Of a stretch of DNA of 64,000 bases, positions 36,201 through 50,900 are shown in pieces; within the stretch, counting starts at the first letter, position 1, and each line of letters begins with the position of its first letter. Source of the stretch: Catajapyx aquilonaris (taxonomy: Eukaryota); assembly GCA_000934665.2 (NCBI GenBank), contig KZ538190.1, positions 1-64,000 on the forward strand. The letters run 5' to 3'. Both the position numbers and the translations under genes were made by a program. The notes beneath the pieces are model-generated. The model saw nothing but the letters and a program-made list of their open reading frames with translations, was not told the origin of the DNA and did no database searches.

Positions 36201-39200
36201 CCTTCTATTGGGCACACACAGGCAGTATACATTTTTACAGTTGCGTCTAACGACCATCCGCCCACCCGACCCCCTTGCTTTACGGCGCATGCCACTTATC
36301 CCTTCAATCCTAATAAAATATTTCAAACGCACAATATTATTTGAGCGCCCGCGGACATCATGCCATATGCATGCGAGCTGTCCTAATTCTGCACTTGTGT
36401 CAATATTCCGCGGTTATTTTTCCATTCATGCAGGCATATTGCAACTTCACTGCATGATTCATGAACGGAATATTACCGGCAATGTTCCCAAAACCAGACA
36501 TCCAGTTCTCTCCACCGATATTTCGTGGAATGGTACGATTTCCGCGGATCAAGGTCGGATACTTAGGTTGGAAAAGTGTGTAAAAAAAACGTCATACAGG
36601 GAACATGCGATCCTAATCTACTCGGATATAAACCATCCCAAGTTGCTTTAGCTGGTTGCGTGCAAAGACGTTCGTAAAGAAACCTCCGTGTTTCCCCCCC
36701 CCCCCCCCTTCCCCCGTGTTTTTTGTGTCCACCGTACTTTCTTGGTGGCGGGTTCTAAGCACTAATATTTCGAATGCGCTTCTCGGAAGGGGGGAGCTCC
36801 TGGCGTCACGGCAATTTGTGGTTTGTCCGTGGCACAAAGTTGTCCCTCCTGCGGTATGCATTATTCCGTGTAGGCGAGCTAAGGTCTTGGATGGCAAAGG
36901 TGGGCCTGCGAGTACAAGGAAAGGGCCGTGACCGCGGGCAGGGGTCATCCGCTAGTGGCGCTGGCGTCGTCATCTCGGGCCTCCATCCAAGGAAGTCAAG
37001 GACCGAGGTCAAAGAACCGCCACACACACACACAACTAGTCAGGCAAGTTGGTGGGGCAGGCAGGCAGGCAGGCAGGCAGGCAACTCTTGGCTGGATGGC
37101 TTGGCTGCTACGAAGCTTCATCACGCTCAAGGCCTTGCTTTCAGCAGCTCTTTGCTGCGACGAAGGATCGGCCAATGTTTCTTCATCAACAAGCTCTTCT
37201 AGCGCAGCTGAATTGGAAGTTGGCTGACTGGAGCAACTCACCTGCACTTCTTAGTCAAACTTGGCTATAGTCTTCCAGACAACATCATCATCTTCCCTTG
37301 AGCATGATTTCCCTCTTCTCTCCAGCCAAGTTGGGTTGAACAAGGACCCATCCTCTTCCTTGCAAAATTTAGCTCGAGTACTTTCCGTGTACCAGTTGCC
37401 TTTGCTGGAATACACGCCCTGGAGGCTGGGATTCTTCAGCAAGGGGCAAAACTTGCTCCAGCAGTGCGGCAGTAAACTCATAGGAGATGCCAGCCATCAA
37501 AGCCAATTTGTATCACCCTGGACTATAAAGCTAGACATGGGTTCATAATTCGGATTCATTGGAGATGAAAGGAATGTTATCCTGCGACGCAGCGGAGTTA
37601 ACACTGGGGTCCCCCCGCCATGCTCATATCCAAGTCATTTGCCGCCAGCCAAATTTTACGTCTGCGAATTTAGTACAAATTGCCCTGACGTGTGGTAATG
37701 ATATGGCCCAGAAATTATCGCTGCAAAATGCACCGGGTAATAATACCGGTGCAGCAGCTCAAGACTATCCGCGCGGCCTCAATTACAGCTCAATAATGTT
37801 TATTCAGGGCTGCACAACTCACACTCGTGCACCTACCATTAATTCGCCGCTAAAAAGTCAGCCCCGTGGCCAAAACTACAAATGCAAATCCCACCATTTG
37901 GACTGCGAAAAAAGGCTTTTCCATAAGCCTATCATCTCCACATTGACTGAAGCTCCATCTTAATCTGCTCCTGACAGGTTAATGGCTGCCACGAGGATTA
38001 ACTCATGCAGCCAGCTTCTCTTCCCTATTAAATCCATACGTTCCCTCAACCACGAGTAATTCCCACAAGCCTAGTCTACCTTCATTTTCACATGACTTCA
38101 AACAAAATTCCTAGAGAAATGCCACGCATGTTGTACTTTATCAGGAGGTTCTTTGCCCACCCATCCAGTCCACCCAGCCCAACCTCTCATGTGAGGGGGG
38201 CTTTCATTTTACCTCTAATGTCCCCGTGCCCTGTGGCCCGAAAATTCCCCCGGATTATAAAAAACAATCTCTCACGAAAGAAGAGTATGTAACGCACAAA
38301 AAAGGCATTATTTCCGCCATGTAAACATTAGACAACGTTATACACTCACGTATGTCGGCGTGTAATGGCAACCAATGAAGCTTTGCTATTCACTTTGGAC
38401 GCCTCCCAATTAGGTCCCAATTGGGCAAGCGGCAGGCTCTGTACGCAGATTACGCAGTTATTACACAGTTCATCCTAGACTACAATTGGAGTCGAGGGGG
38501 AGGGGAGGGGGGCAAATCCCCCTCTATCACCTCTCGTTTGGGATTGACATCCCACTGTATAATATGCTATTACTACTACAATTGCACTTCCCTTCCATAC
38601 CAAAAAAAACCAACTTTTTGTTCCCGTTTGGTTACAAGGCATCACTCGAGATGAAACGCTATTTGGAAACTAGCAGTTCTGAAATGTAGAGCCAATGCGA
38701 GTTACGAGCAGGTGGAGCAATACGTCTCCGGTCTGGTGAAATACTAGGCGTGTCGATCTGCATTGTTGACACCGGCACGACATGAATAGACGACGCGCGG
38801 GAGATTGCAATTGTTCCCCGAGCACACGCCCAATCCCTCGGTAAACATTCCAATTATTAATTAGCATTGATTTGCCACCAGCACCCCCACTGTCCCTCAC
38901 ACGCCCCACCTCCTCTCCATATACATACATTTATGTATGTAGGCTATTAATGGGATTTATTCACGAACCGCGTAAAATAGGTGTGTCGTGCACGGTGGGT
39001 TTGGTATATACAGCCCATTGGGCGCCAACTTTCGCGCTTTAGGTCATCAGTCCAGCACCCACATCTACCACCCTCTAGTTTCAAAATTGAGCGAGAGAGA
39101 GAGAAAAAAAAACCGCCAGCTTTCTTCCATTAGCCAATCGCTCCACGTCATCACCTCCACGTTTTCAATCACGATTCGCTTCATGCCTAAGAAAAATGCG

Positions 39201-40188
39201 CACTTATTAACGAGCGCCGTTTTTAAAGCGGCGCCAGGCTTTTTCCCGGGGAAAACTTGTTAAAGATTGCCCTAACTGCCTGCGCTGTTTACAGGGTGCT
39301 CCAAATTGCGCCCCTCGATTTTTAAAAAAAATGCTCAACAAGGCACTTTGCATTTCGTTTCGGACTAACTTTTGTTGTCCTCTTCAAGCGGGATTCGCAT
39401 ACATACATCGCTAGGAGAGGGGACAAAATCTGCTTTCATTGTTAAGGGAACTGTCGTTAGTTGGTTATATGGATGCTGGCTTCTCTGCACCTGTTATTGT
39501 GACTGGTTGCCATGACATCACCATTTGACGGCAGTAAAAACAAGGGTTTTTTTTGTGTTTTGTGCGAAGCTACTCCGACGGCAGGTCTTCATAGCAACAG
39601 CGACGTTCGAGCCAATTGGTAGCTTTTGTTCTACTTTTCCCCGATAAAAATAGCGACGCGATATCTGCAGGTACTGTGTAGACATTTTGTTACACTTGTT
39701 TGTTATTGTATGCTACAGTAAAACCTCAATGTAGCGGAAACTTTTCCATCGCTTGTATCAATATAGACCAGTTACGCCCAATAACAATATTATTTTAATA
39801 CACCATCGAGAGAACTACATTCTAAAATAATTATGATGGAGTTTGTGCGGATATATTGTGCCTGTTACACTCTGCTCATACACCAAAAACTTGTTGAATA
39901 ATGTTCCCATCAAAAACTTTTCACTGGTTTGAAAACACAGCAGGAAAAAAACCTACTCGCATGGCCGGAATACTAATTCAGCACAAAGTTACGTACATGT
40001 GTGGCAGTATACCTAACGTACACAAACCGCGGGCGCCCGAAAGTTCGCAGTGCAGTATTATATAGTAATGCTTCTGAAGTCCTGTAACACGTCTATAATC
40101 CCTCATAAAAGTTTGCTCTTAAAGGTATCATTAAGTGAAAAGGTCAACACGACAAACTTTTTTTTTTGTTGGTCCACCCCCCCCCCCC

Positions 40189-40236
40189 NNNNNNNNNNNN
40201 NNNNNNNNNNNNNNNNNNNNNNNNNNNNNNNNNNNN
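40189..40236. other. Assembly gap (N run) next to poly-C
   Basis: 48 N. Smaller N runs at 20040-20047, about 41897-41901, 56397, 58558 and 59115-59120 all abut poly-C or poly-G. Confidence 0.95.
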
Positions 40237-40532
40237 TTTTTCTCCCCCCCCCCCCGTCCGACTGTTCTAGTTTCGTAGGCTTTTCAACCAGCAGACTAAC
40301 TATACGAGAACCGTTTCGCTTCCTGAATAGTTACAACTAGTAGTACAGAGGAGCGGGACAAAATGGGTTTTATTCCACGCCTGTCCCTTTTCCAAGCTGC
40401 CCATGGCATGAGTAGGTTCTTTGAACCCGGTCCTGAAACGCTGCCCATTTACGAGGCGGCCGTGGCTGTGAAATAAATATTCATGTGGTCCCGTGATGGG
40501 TAGGTATACACCTTGGGTAGGTTGGGGAGAAA

Positions 40533-40564
40533 AAGAAGAAGAAGAAGAAGAAGAAGAAGAAGAA
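40533..40564. repeat. (AAG)n microsatellite
   Basis: About 10 units. Confidence 0.9.
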
Positions 40565-42723
40565 AAAAAAGGCTCGTCGTTGGCAGGTTTACACTTGGCT
40601 CCTTGGCGCCAAGACACAAACAGCCTTTATTTTTTTCACCTCCTGTTTTAACCCTCGGTCGGCCTTTTCTCTCTCACACCTAGCTTGTTGACCTAAGAGC
40701 CACCTCATCCCTTGGACAACATAGCCTCTTTTTTTTCGCACTGATTATCAGGCCTCCATTTGCGGACAAGATGAGGTTGGCCAGTAGATGACCATAAATA
40801 AGGCTCGAAATGTCACTTCATAATGGCGGCAAATCCGGAAAATTGGGTTGGCACAACCGACATTTAATTAATAAACGGGGAGAGGGTGCATCGTGCTGAA
40901 CTATGCAGGTACCCACATTCCCTACTCTCACAAAGCGATCTATCTGCCAAAAAAAAATACCGAACACGATGAGCAAACGGGAGGTAGAGTTGGGGTTTTT
41001 AAAAAAGTGCCTATGTCATGCTATCACAATAACCCCAATACGCAAAACTGCGGCCCTAAATCCAGGGTTGGGCGGTATGTCGCAAATTCTAGCAAAATGC
41101 CTCGTTTCAACCATTCGGGGGGTTAATTACATGCAATCGCGCTCAACCTCGCGCTGATATAATAAAGCGTAAATCCCTGTATATTTCTGTCTGCTGTAGA
41201 GCCAGATCAGTGCTTATTGTTTCAGTTAAAGCCGCGGAATTGTAGGAGCATAAACATAACACAATATCACAAAAGGTGTTGTAATGAAAAGGTCTTATCT
41301 GTCGCACGTGTGGATTACCCGCAGCGGTCCCAGATAAGGAATCGAAGCATCAATTTGCCTCACCTGCAAGGAGAGAGAGAAAAACGGGTTAACAAGCGAA
41401 CATGAAGCGGCGGTTATTAGCCGCCATGTATAACTGCACGTAAGTGACATCAATCTCCAGCAAATGTGCTGTTTCATACATCAATGTCTATTAATCTCGC
41501 TTTAATTAGACTCCATAGGCATTACACCTGCCAATTTGGCACTATTGATAGTTGTACATGAAAATCATGTTGGCCAACTGCGTTTTCCGCATCCATCATT
41601 ACCAGCAATTAATAATGCACGCCAGACTTGTTACTACTTTTTTGGGGAAGGGTGATTCTATATCGAAAAAAAAAAGTTTCATTAGCCCCAGGGAAAAGTA
41701 CCGTGTATTAACACATTTTACTACCAGAGTCACGATCCATTCTTTTCCCGGCGCCGTTCGTTTGAGTAAGGGAGTGTAATTTGATGGAAAGAATCACGCT
41801 TGGAGTGTCATGCCGCTCCATAATCGGATGAAAGTGCGCATGGGTCACGTAGACATCAATCTGCTACTGCTGTTGTTCCAACCCCCCCCCCCCCCNNNNN
41901 NAAAAAAAGGTGGGGGGGGGGCGATCATTATTGCATATACTGTTTCCCTACTACTAATGGGCCCCAAATGATTCCGGCTGACACTTGTCCCCAGCAACTA
42001 AGTCGCGCTGCGACACGACACAACAACACCAATATGGGACAAAGCTGCGAAGACAATATTCGGCCGGCCTTATTAGGAGGGCGCAGTGTCCGCCGCTCAA
42101 GGTATCGATTTCACGCCTGAGTCGACACCACTGCACCTATACTCTTGTGCTACTCACTCCACACAATTCGGCTCAGAACCTAGGCAGATATTCCATGACC
42201 TTTCCCCCTACCCCAATAGGTGATTGGAGCACCATGCATTGTGGCACCCTGCAATGGGACGCCCTGTATAGAGGGGTGCCATGCATTGATTACACCTGCC
42301 ATATTTTGTTTAGGGGATGTTTGGCTGGCCAATTACCTAGGGGTCGTTGTACCGGAGCCGCACGGTCGCATCGTGGCGTAATGATAATTGACATAGCCGC
42401 GGCTCCCGTCCCGGCATCATGTCACTCAACAAACATTTCCTGGGTCACATATTTGGCCCGAATGAAATGATTCACATGTGTAGCACGCGAGTGGGTAGTA
42501 ATAAGGAGTTAAATGGTTCCATTAACTTAAAGGTTGACCAGGGTTTGACCCAAATTGAAATTACGAGTTGGCTTGCCTCAACTGCACATTGCTGAAATAT
42601 TGTGGGCGCGACAGAAAGCGCAGGCGGGGGCAGGCCGGCCGAGGGGGGGCTGGGGAAGAGTTGGCTGGAATTCCGGCTGGCAATGAAACCGAGTGTAGAG
42701 CAAGTGATACGGGCTGCGGGCTG

Positions 42724-42756
<33 letters not shown>

Positions 42757-44656
42757 GCCGGCGAGCACAAAAACGGCGCGTAATGAAGAAATAAAGTGGA
42801 CACGTAATCAGATAGCCATCAAGCAGGCCTGGCGATCCGGAGGAGCAGGAAGAAGAAGAAGAAGAAGAAGAAGCGGTGGTAGTAGAAAGAAAGAAAGAGT
42901 TTGAGGCTGCTGCCAGGCTCCAAAAACCGCTATGATGGGCCAGCATGCTCTGGGTGAAACGGGACACCAACTGGGGGTTACTTGGGGCTGGCTTTTGGCT
43001 GAGTCTTGTCTGCTAGCTCCAAGTGTTGCCGCCAATAAAATCCGGGACTCCTGCAGACACGGCTTTTTCGCCATCAGGACTCTCCTCCAGGGGAAAATTT
43101 CCCACAAATGGTGGTGGTGGTAGCGGCCGGGAGACGCCCCCACCCTCTGCCCCACCCCAACTATCGTTATACTGCATGACGCCGCCACCCCCCCCCCCCC
43201 AATCCCCCTAAAAAAGGACCGCCTCTGCTTATATGCCCCGTAGCAAGCGGGCCTTCGGGCACCCCCGAATTAAGGCCACATTTGCATCTTGTTACCCTGC
43301 GCACATGGTTACACGTCTCTCTTAATTCCTCGCTCACAGTGAACGCCACACTTCCTACATGGAATATTTATGCGGGTGGCGGTACGGTGGCGGCGCCACT
43401 AACGCGTCAGAAAATTCGCCAACGCTGTTGTGTAGCATCGCGCGCGGTGTATCATCCAAATGGCCAAATAACCCTCTACCTAGCTAAGCTGATACTAAAT
43501 AAGCAGAAACCGTGCTTCCCACATTTGGGGCGGTATACAAAACTGCAACCGCAGCATGAGTTGAAGGCGGCCACACTGAACAAGTGTTATCATCATTTGC
43601 ATACGAGTCGCGGCTGCGGAGTCGGAACACCCTCCTACCCCCCACCGCTACCGCAACGGACGACTAACCTCGCTGTGATTACGCTTTTCCTCAAAATATT
43701 CGCCCGGCTCTAATCGCATCTGAATACTCAAGTAGCCTAACTTTATAACAACATATTAATAAACTCGACTTGCCATGCAAATTCACCGCCTTCTGTTTCA
43801 CTACGCATATTTGAGTGTCTTCCGCATGTAACGAGCACATAGGCTGGGAGTTGTCAAGAAATCGGCCGAATCAATTCACCCGCAGACTCATGCATTGTGC
43901 AGGCAAATGATTCTAATTCTGTGGCAGCCACGGGTTTCATACGTGAACCGCCACTTTCCACCAGCAATACCAAAGAGAGGAGAAGGGAGGCAGCCTCCCA
44001 AAGGACGGTTGTTTTGAGGAAGGATGCGGCTAAATGGTTGGATGCCGGCTAGGCCAACATGTTTCCGCACTGACAGCCTGCATCAACCGCACGTGGTTGG
44101 CCCTACGTGTGTGAGTGGCATGCACTCATTACGCTTTTAAAAAGATCAAATGTGCCTGCCGATGCATCTAAAATTGATGCCGGCCTAATATAAAAGAAGA
44201 CCAAGTCGTCCACGTGTTTCCTCCTGGCTGGACCTTGTTTGCAAATCATGCACGCCTCACTTGTTAGTGATTGCCACTACTCTAGTACTGCAGCTCTAGC
44301 GTTCGCTCTGTCGCAGAGGGGTAAACAAGACGCCGGATCTGAGAGGTGAAAAAGAGGTTGTACCGTCGATGAGCGTGCTTCAGGCTACGTGAGTGTTGTA
44401 CCGTGCTGCTGCATATCCGTCTGGAGAGGCTCAACCCACGCCAGTCAGGTAATACGGAGCACTATTCATTCCATGCGGGCAAATCCCAGCAAATTAGATA
44501 TCCCGGCGCACGCTACAATAAACCTGGCAATAATAATGTTAGGAGGAAACGTCAGGGGCGCGGCTGCAAAACCGAGAGATCCCATGGAGCAGTGTATATA
44601 GTGTGTTCTAGGTAGAAGGCAGGTAGGTAGAGGTATATAGGTGGTGGTGCTGGGGG

Positions 44657-44691
<35 letters not shown>

Positions 44692-45951
44692 GCCTGAATT
44701 CAACCCTCCAGGGCCTAACTAACTGTCTGGAGAATGTGCCGCAACGGTTCTTCGGCTGACCCACATCCATTTCCTGACCCTCTGCAAGCAGCAGGCCAAG
44801 ATGACAGCTTCTCTCCATCCTCCTGGGGCTTCATCAACGTTTCTTGCCTTCCTTCCACCAGGGTTATAGACACGCCCGGGAACACCCACAACTGCCCATA
44901 TCGCTTTTCCCCAACTTTTCAAAACGATTCCCATCAAGCCCATTGCCACACAGCACTAATCGACTCCCATCCCAACCTCATCCTCCGTGAACTCCACTCA
45001 TCATGCCCCAAGTGCTCTTCCTGACATGCCTATACATTATTTTGCGCATATGTGATACCATCGGGCCCAACCTTACCTGCCAATTTGATAGATTCAATCC
45101 GAGTCCGTGAACGTAATCTGAGGGTGATCAGCTCACGGCCCTCAATTCAAGCACGATTGTGGTTTCCAAGGCTCAGGGAGCACTTGAAGCTGTCAGTGTT
45201 TGACTGAAACAGTGATCAATGCGGGAAAAGCCGTTCCCCAAGTTTGCTTTCCTCCAGACTACAACTTTCCCGCCAGATAAAAATCCTGCTGCATCTGCTC
45301 ATTTCACGCCCTGCTCTCCACCTATACGATCCCCCAAGTCCCTTACTTCCATCCACATGGAAGGATATGCACATATCAATGCGGATAATTACCTCGCTCA
45401 TTTCACGTTACTATACACATACACTCCCAAATTTATCGACGCCCTGCTTTTCGTGTTCATTATTTATTTCATTAATTAATTAATTAATATCCCCCAGAGA
45501 CACAGCCCCTTGGACTGAAAATAAATCTATTATTATTCATTATTGTTATTATTATTAGCATATTATTAAATGGGAAATTAACCGGATGTAATGACTCATA
45601 AGAGAGGCAGGCCCTGTAGGGGAATCAGCCTTAGCTACATAATTAGAAATCTGGAGGGGCCCACTGCATACAGGCGTGCAGTAATTCAATCTTCCTGGAT
45701 ATTTTATTTATATTCTGCAAACATGAAGAAGATAATCTGCTATGAATCCCTATATATCCTGCAGTAACTTCTACACCAGGGGCAAAAAGGCCACAAATAT
45801 TTCAAAACTATATTAGTGACTCTAATCAGTGAAAAAACTGCTAAGAGTTTTCAAACCATGCCAATTTTTAATCGGGGTTTCCGCTTCCGAGATCCGCCAA
45901 GGCTTTCTGATTTGTCAATGTCCCGCCTGATGTTATTGTTGTTGTTGCTGC

Positions 45952-46023
<72 letters not shown>
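45952..46023. repeat. (TAT)n microsatellite
   Basis: About 24 units preceded by degenerate (TTG) units. Confidence 0.95.
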
Positions 46024-47780
46024 GCCATTAGTGTTCTCAAGGTGAAAGATGAATTATGTAATGGATACAACCATACATAATGTCATTGGTTGGCTACCCG
46101 GAAATATAGCCATGCGTTATACACGAATGCCTGTGTGGGGTAATCGGTGGTAATGGCTCGAAACTTGTCCTGCAGGTATGGGATTAGGGCGGTCCATTTT
46201 TAGTTCATTGCACTTCCAGACGTTCCAACGCACATTCCACTTCCTCGTGCAGGATAAGCCCCGCTGCTAGTTAAGCCTACTTCTATACTTTTGAACTGCT
46301 ACTTCATTTAATCACTTAGTGTAGCGTTAATTGACTATTAATATGCCAAGTTACAAAAGCCATGTTTGCATTTGGGTACGAAAACCTTTCTTGCAAAATA
46401 TTGCACGGGTTTTTTTCACTTTGGAATTCCATTACTTGGGTGATATTTATGCAGATTTAGCTCCAACTTCATTACGTAGTGTAATATTGGGTTGTCGCAT
46501 AGTAAACCAAATTAAAAATAATTCCGGTAAGGCCCATACCGGTTTCCGACTTTTATTTTGAATTTGTGCTCGTGCACTATTTTCAAATATGTAGTACTTC
46601 AGTTCATATTCACTGTGTATACATATGCAAAATATATATATATATGATGCGGATTCACAATTTCGTGTGGAAGGAAACGACCTAAGTCAATCGATATATA
46701 AATGAGTAACTTCCACATCATGCCCGTATTGAAGGATGGAGTGGCCTAATTTACCCACAAGAATTATGAACAGTTGTCGCTGATTGCAGTACGTTTTTTC
46801 GGTCGGCCCATTTCTATCCTGCCAGCGCGCAAGGAATAATTTGAGCTCCGCAAATTGCACTCCATTCGACGGCAAGATTGTTCTGAAACCCCACCAAAAA
46901 AGCCGTGCAAGTACAGCAAATACTGTTTAAAATTTTCACTCCTACATTCGGTCCAGTCAGTGTATACCTGGAGTCCTATAAGCGTAAGTCCTTTGACGAG
47001 TGACGGAGATATGTGGCGTGCATTGCTATATACGCACACACTGAACGTTAACTGGGTTTTATGGCAATACGCCAGCTCTTATAACCTATTAGAGCTGTAA
47101 GCTTCACGTGAAGTCATAATTGGTAATGCATAAGTAAGTATTTAAGTTCCACCTAGAATTGTGCAGGTGCGGAAGGTGAAATATTGTAGGCCATAGGCCA
47201 CCTACATCACATTGTTCCTTCGATAATTAATTATACATCGCGTACGATTCGGCGAAAAAAAATACAGGTATAGATTCCGTCATATCGCTGCGATGAATCC
47301 AGGTGGTCAGTGGCATTCATGAGCTATTCGTATTCGTCGATATTCACTTTCAATTCCCATGTTCAACAATTCAACTGTTATTATTTCCAGTGGAAAGTCT
47401 ATTGAACGAAACCTGCGGCGATATACCTAACAGGCCCATTACTAAAGAATTTATTGTATTGAGTTCAAAATTTAATGCCTCCCTTTTTATAGCATACTAT
47501 AGGCATAATTTCGACCTTTGTAGCCTACATCAGCCTAGCTTTTAGAGGTTGTACAGTAGCTTCGAGTTTGATCATGATATGGTGACTTGTAGCATGAAAC
47601 ACAACCTCTCTAGACCAGACCCATTGATCAATACAATAATAACAAACTGCAAACTGTACAATTTCCAAATGGTTCCTATGTGGCTTACAGGTGGAGGTTT
47701 TACTGTAGGTAATGCAGCACATACTCGCTTTATAGTATCGGACATGCCACAGTGTGCGCAGTGTCATACAGAATAAAACA

Positions 47781-47985
47781 CAGGATGTTTCTTTGACAAG
47801 AAGGGGGACAGAATAGTTGATGGATTAGTCACCTACTGGGCGACGTAAACAAAGTTCACAGCATGAAAAATGTTAAAGAAAGACCCAAACCTTGTGCCGA
47901 GTCTGGACTGATGTACTATGACTGATCGATCAACTCTTTCTGTCCCCCATGATCAAATCGTCCACTTGGGCTGAGAAACACCCTG
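47781..47985. mobile_element. Degenerate MITE (CAGG(G/A)TGTTTCT termini)
   Basis: Termini caggatgtttct / agaaacaccctg|TA. Inner inverted block gggggacagaatagttgatggattagtca / tgactgatcgatcaactctttctgtccccc. Confidence 0.7.
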
Positions 47986-50900
47986 TATAAACATGTGACC
48001 AAATAGTCTAAATATATTTTTGCTTTGGCAAATGTTTATTGCACACGACGCGAAGCGACGGTCAATGACTCAGGCGTAATTTTCTATAACTTTACTGACG
48101 ACGACACCAAAACTGCCTCCAAACAAAAAGTAACGCAGAGTATTTTACGCTCATAGTTTTGGAATAGGTCAAGGAATCGCTCTACTTCCCCATTTTGCAA
48201 GAATTATTGACCATCCTGTATTTCACTTAAATGCCAAGTGTATTACACTGCTTGTACAGTAGATGCAGTAGTGTAACGTACAGACCAGATTGTGAGGAAA
48301 CTCTCTCTGTGAAAGAAATGGTCCGAATCATACACCTCAACACAGTCGATATTTTTAGCTTGAGGCTGCTTGGCTTGACGGCATGCCACTGCTCGTACGT
48401 GGCAGGGTTCAAGAGGAACCTATTTAGAAGTGTTGCTATACCCTCAGAAGCACAAGGATTCCAAATGGCCTCAATTACTCGTCCAATTCAGTTCCATCAA
48501 TATTGGGTTGTATGATTCTAATAATAAACACAATAAGGTTACAGTGGAATTGTATTATGCATAAGGTAAGTGTATACAAAGAAATTTGGGAGCAAGCGAC
48601 ACAACTACATGGTGTCAAGTTACCTGACCATCGTCCCTTCGTTCGTCGGCATTATACTCTCTAATCGGTAAACTGTTTAGGTCACTGAATTGCGCGACAC
48701 CATAGAGGAAATTCCAAAAAACTGCATACAGGACCTGAATGCAGGATCAAACATCCAGGGCTGTAACTTAACACCAGCAGTGGTTGCTGTGAGAGTAACA
48801 CGACACGGTACTGAAGCATCCACAAAACAAGTGGGACTATCATTTCGACCGGAGAGGAGCCAGAGTTTTAGGAAAGGTAAGTCTGCATGGTTTTGATCTG
48901 GCAAACACAGTCAAATCAGCACATTTCATTCAGAAATCGGTCAGTGTGTGCATATGCATAATTACACAATTACCTCGGATCACTCACCTTCATATTTGGC
49001 GTGTAAATAGGAAGTAGTTTTTCATTGCTCATTAGCATACACATAAATATTTTCCTCGTGTGTACACTGTACCATACACCTGAAACGGTAGCTACGCCTA
49101 CTACCGGCACGTAATTTTAATTTGGTGTCCGTCTGCACGATTCCAATTACGTAGTGCTTGCATTTTCCGGCTGGTAAAGCACCTTTATAAAAAAAAAACT
49201 TTGACAAAAAAAAAACCTTGCACTATTTCCGTTCTCATTCATTACCCAAAACCTCGGCTCTCTGGGTGGTTTCATTATCAAGTGCCACAAATCAGCTGTT
49301 GATTACCACAAATGTTCGATTCGCATTGGCATGCAACGTAGCAGCTATCCTCCCCCTACCCTATACCTCCCCCCCCCCCACGTTTTTTTTGTCTTTTTTT
49401 TTTGAAATTCGTGTTCCCGCTGGCAGAGTGTGAGCGTCGCTATTGCTCTTACAATCCCGCAGGCGTTAGGGACATTTTGCAGGGCCCATCAACAACACCG
49501 CACGTGTGGAAACGAACGCAGGGACTCCTGTCGACGTCGCTTCCCACGGTGCCTTCGGACAGCTGTCAACTCGCAAATCGGCCGCTCATTTGGGGAACAT
49601 ACACGATAACTCTTGATCGCGCCACGGCTTCCCATTTCCACCACTTCGGCTGCCAACCATCCCAGCTCAGGAATAAATCAGTTCCCGGGCTGTTGCCGCA
49701 ACCCATGGCCGGCCATGATGCTGGATGGTCAATTCCAAGAAAAAAAGCTGTTATCGCCACTTTTGCAAAAATCGCGTGTGGCTCTAACGTTTATTTTTTT
49801 TTGCCCCACCCGCTGTTCGCCTTCTCAGAAGGCATGTACGGCTGTCAGCAATGTTTTGCAGTCCCCATTGATTAATATGGTGCCTAAGAAAAAGGTAGTA
49901 GCATGCTGCCCCATAGAGTTGGCATGCAGATTTATAGTCACCCCCTCCCACAGGCCACACCTTCCTAGGGAATTCCGCTATTCCGTACTGGGCTCGGATT
50001 TTGCCCAGGCGAGAAGCGCGAGCGACGCTTGGAAAAAATCGCGCGGAATTGCAGCGATCCCACAAGAATTGGGTTGGCCCGAGGTGAGAGAGCCGTGGAC
50101 CTAACCCACCTGCGAATTCGGGTCACAGCTCAAACTGTGGGCCTTCTTCTACTTTTTTCTTTTTCTACGATGCGTGTCCTTTTTTGCCCCCACTCTTTTT
50201 TTTATATAGGGAGGTTTTCCTCGCTAGGAGAGGTGATGCGAATTAAAATGCCGCTGGCGAGAAAAGTCAGTTTTGTTGGCTGCTGGCCAAACGCTGATCC
50301 TTCCCTGCTTGCTTTTGCAGACTGCTTATAAGCATGCTAAAATATTCGTGGCTTGGCTCTGGGTGATGTATGGTGCTGGAAGGACCCAAGGTATCTTCCA
50401 ACCCCGCACAACCTCTTATGTTAATCACGTGCTTGTGGGGAAGGCAAAATTTCCACACTATATTAAAACAAAGCTGGAAACCCCCCGCCGTATATTACTT
50501 GCCTGCTTTGGTAATTTCAAGCCCAGATGTGTTGGTCGTGGAGGTTGTAAATAACCAGCCTGGGGGGGCTCTGGTTTCTCAGGGGGGGTTTTTTCAGGGA
50601 AGGTGCGGGAATTGGGTCCGGTTGTGTCCTATAACTGGTGTTGTTCTTCTTTTTTTTGTAATCATAAGACCGGTTCGTGTAATGATTTTTGTGCGGGGAA
50701 TGCTAAATTGGTCGTCATAGTTCTCTTTGGAAACAAAATTGCATTAACGCTGCAACGCGGCAGGAACAAACTAGTCACGAACAGCACAAAACACATCAAA
50801 GGCCTACCTCGCCACTAATATTGTTTTTCTTGTATTCATTAGTTTGCAGAAGCGACAATGTCACATAAAACCCATTAAAGTTGTATAAAAAGATAAAATG

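Noticed and set aside
36996..37481. Adjacent protein-like minus-strand ORFs
   Set aside because: No gag, pol, transposase or other motif recognised, so I cannot support a call.
38708..38823. Weak inverted symmetry
   Set aside because: Arms too divergent to distinguish from chance by eye. The weak hairpins at about 3588-3643 and 15765-15822 were dropped for the same reason.
45816..46031. Poly-Leu ORF resembling a signal peptide or TM segment
   Set aside because: Translation of the (TAT)n microsatellite, and on the wrong strand for echinoid.
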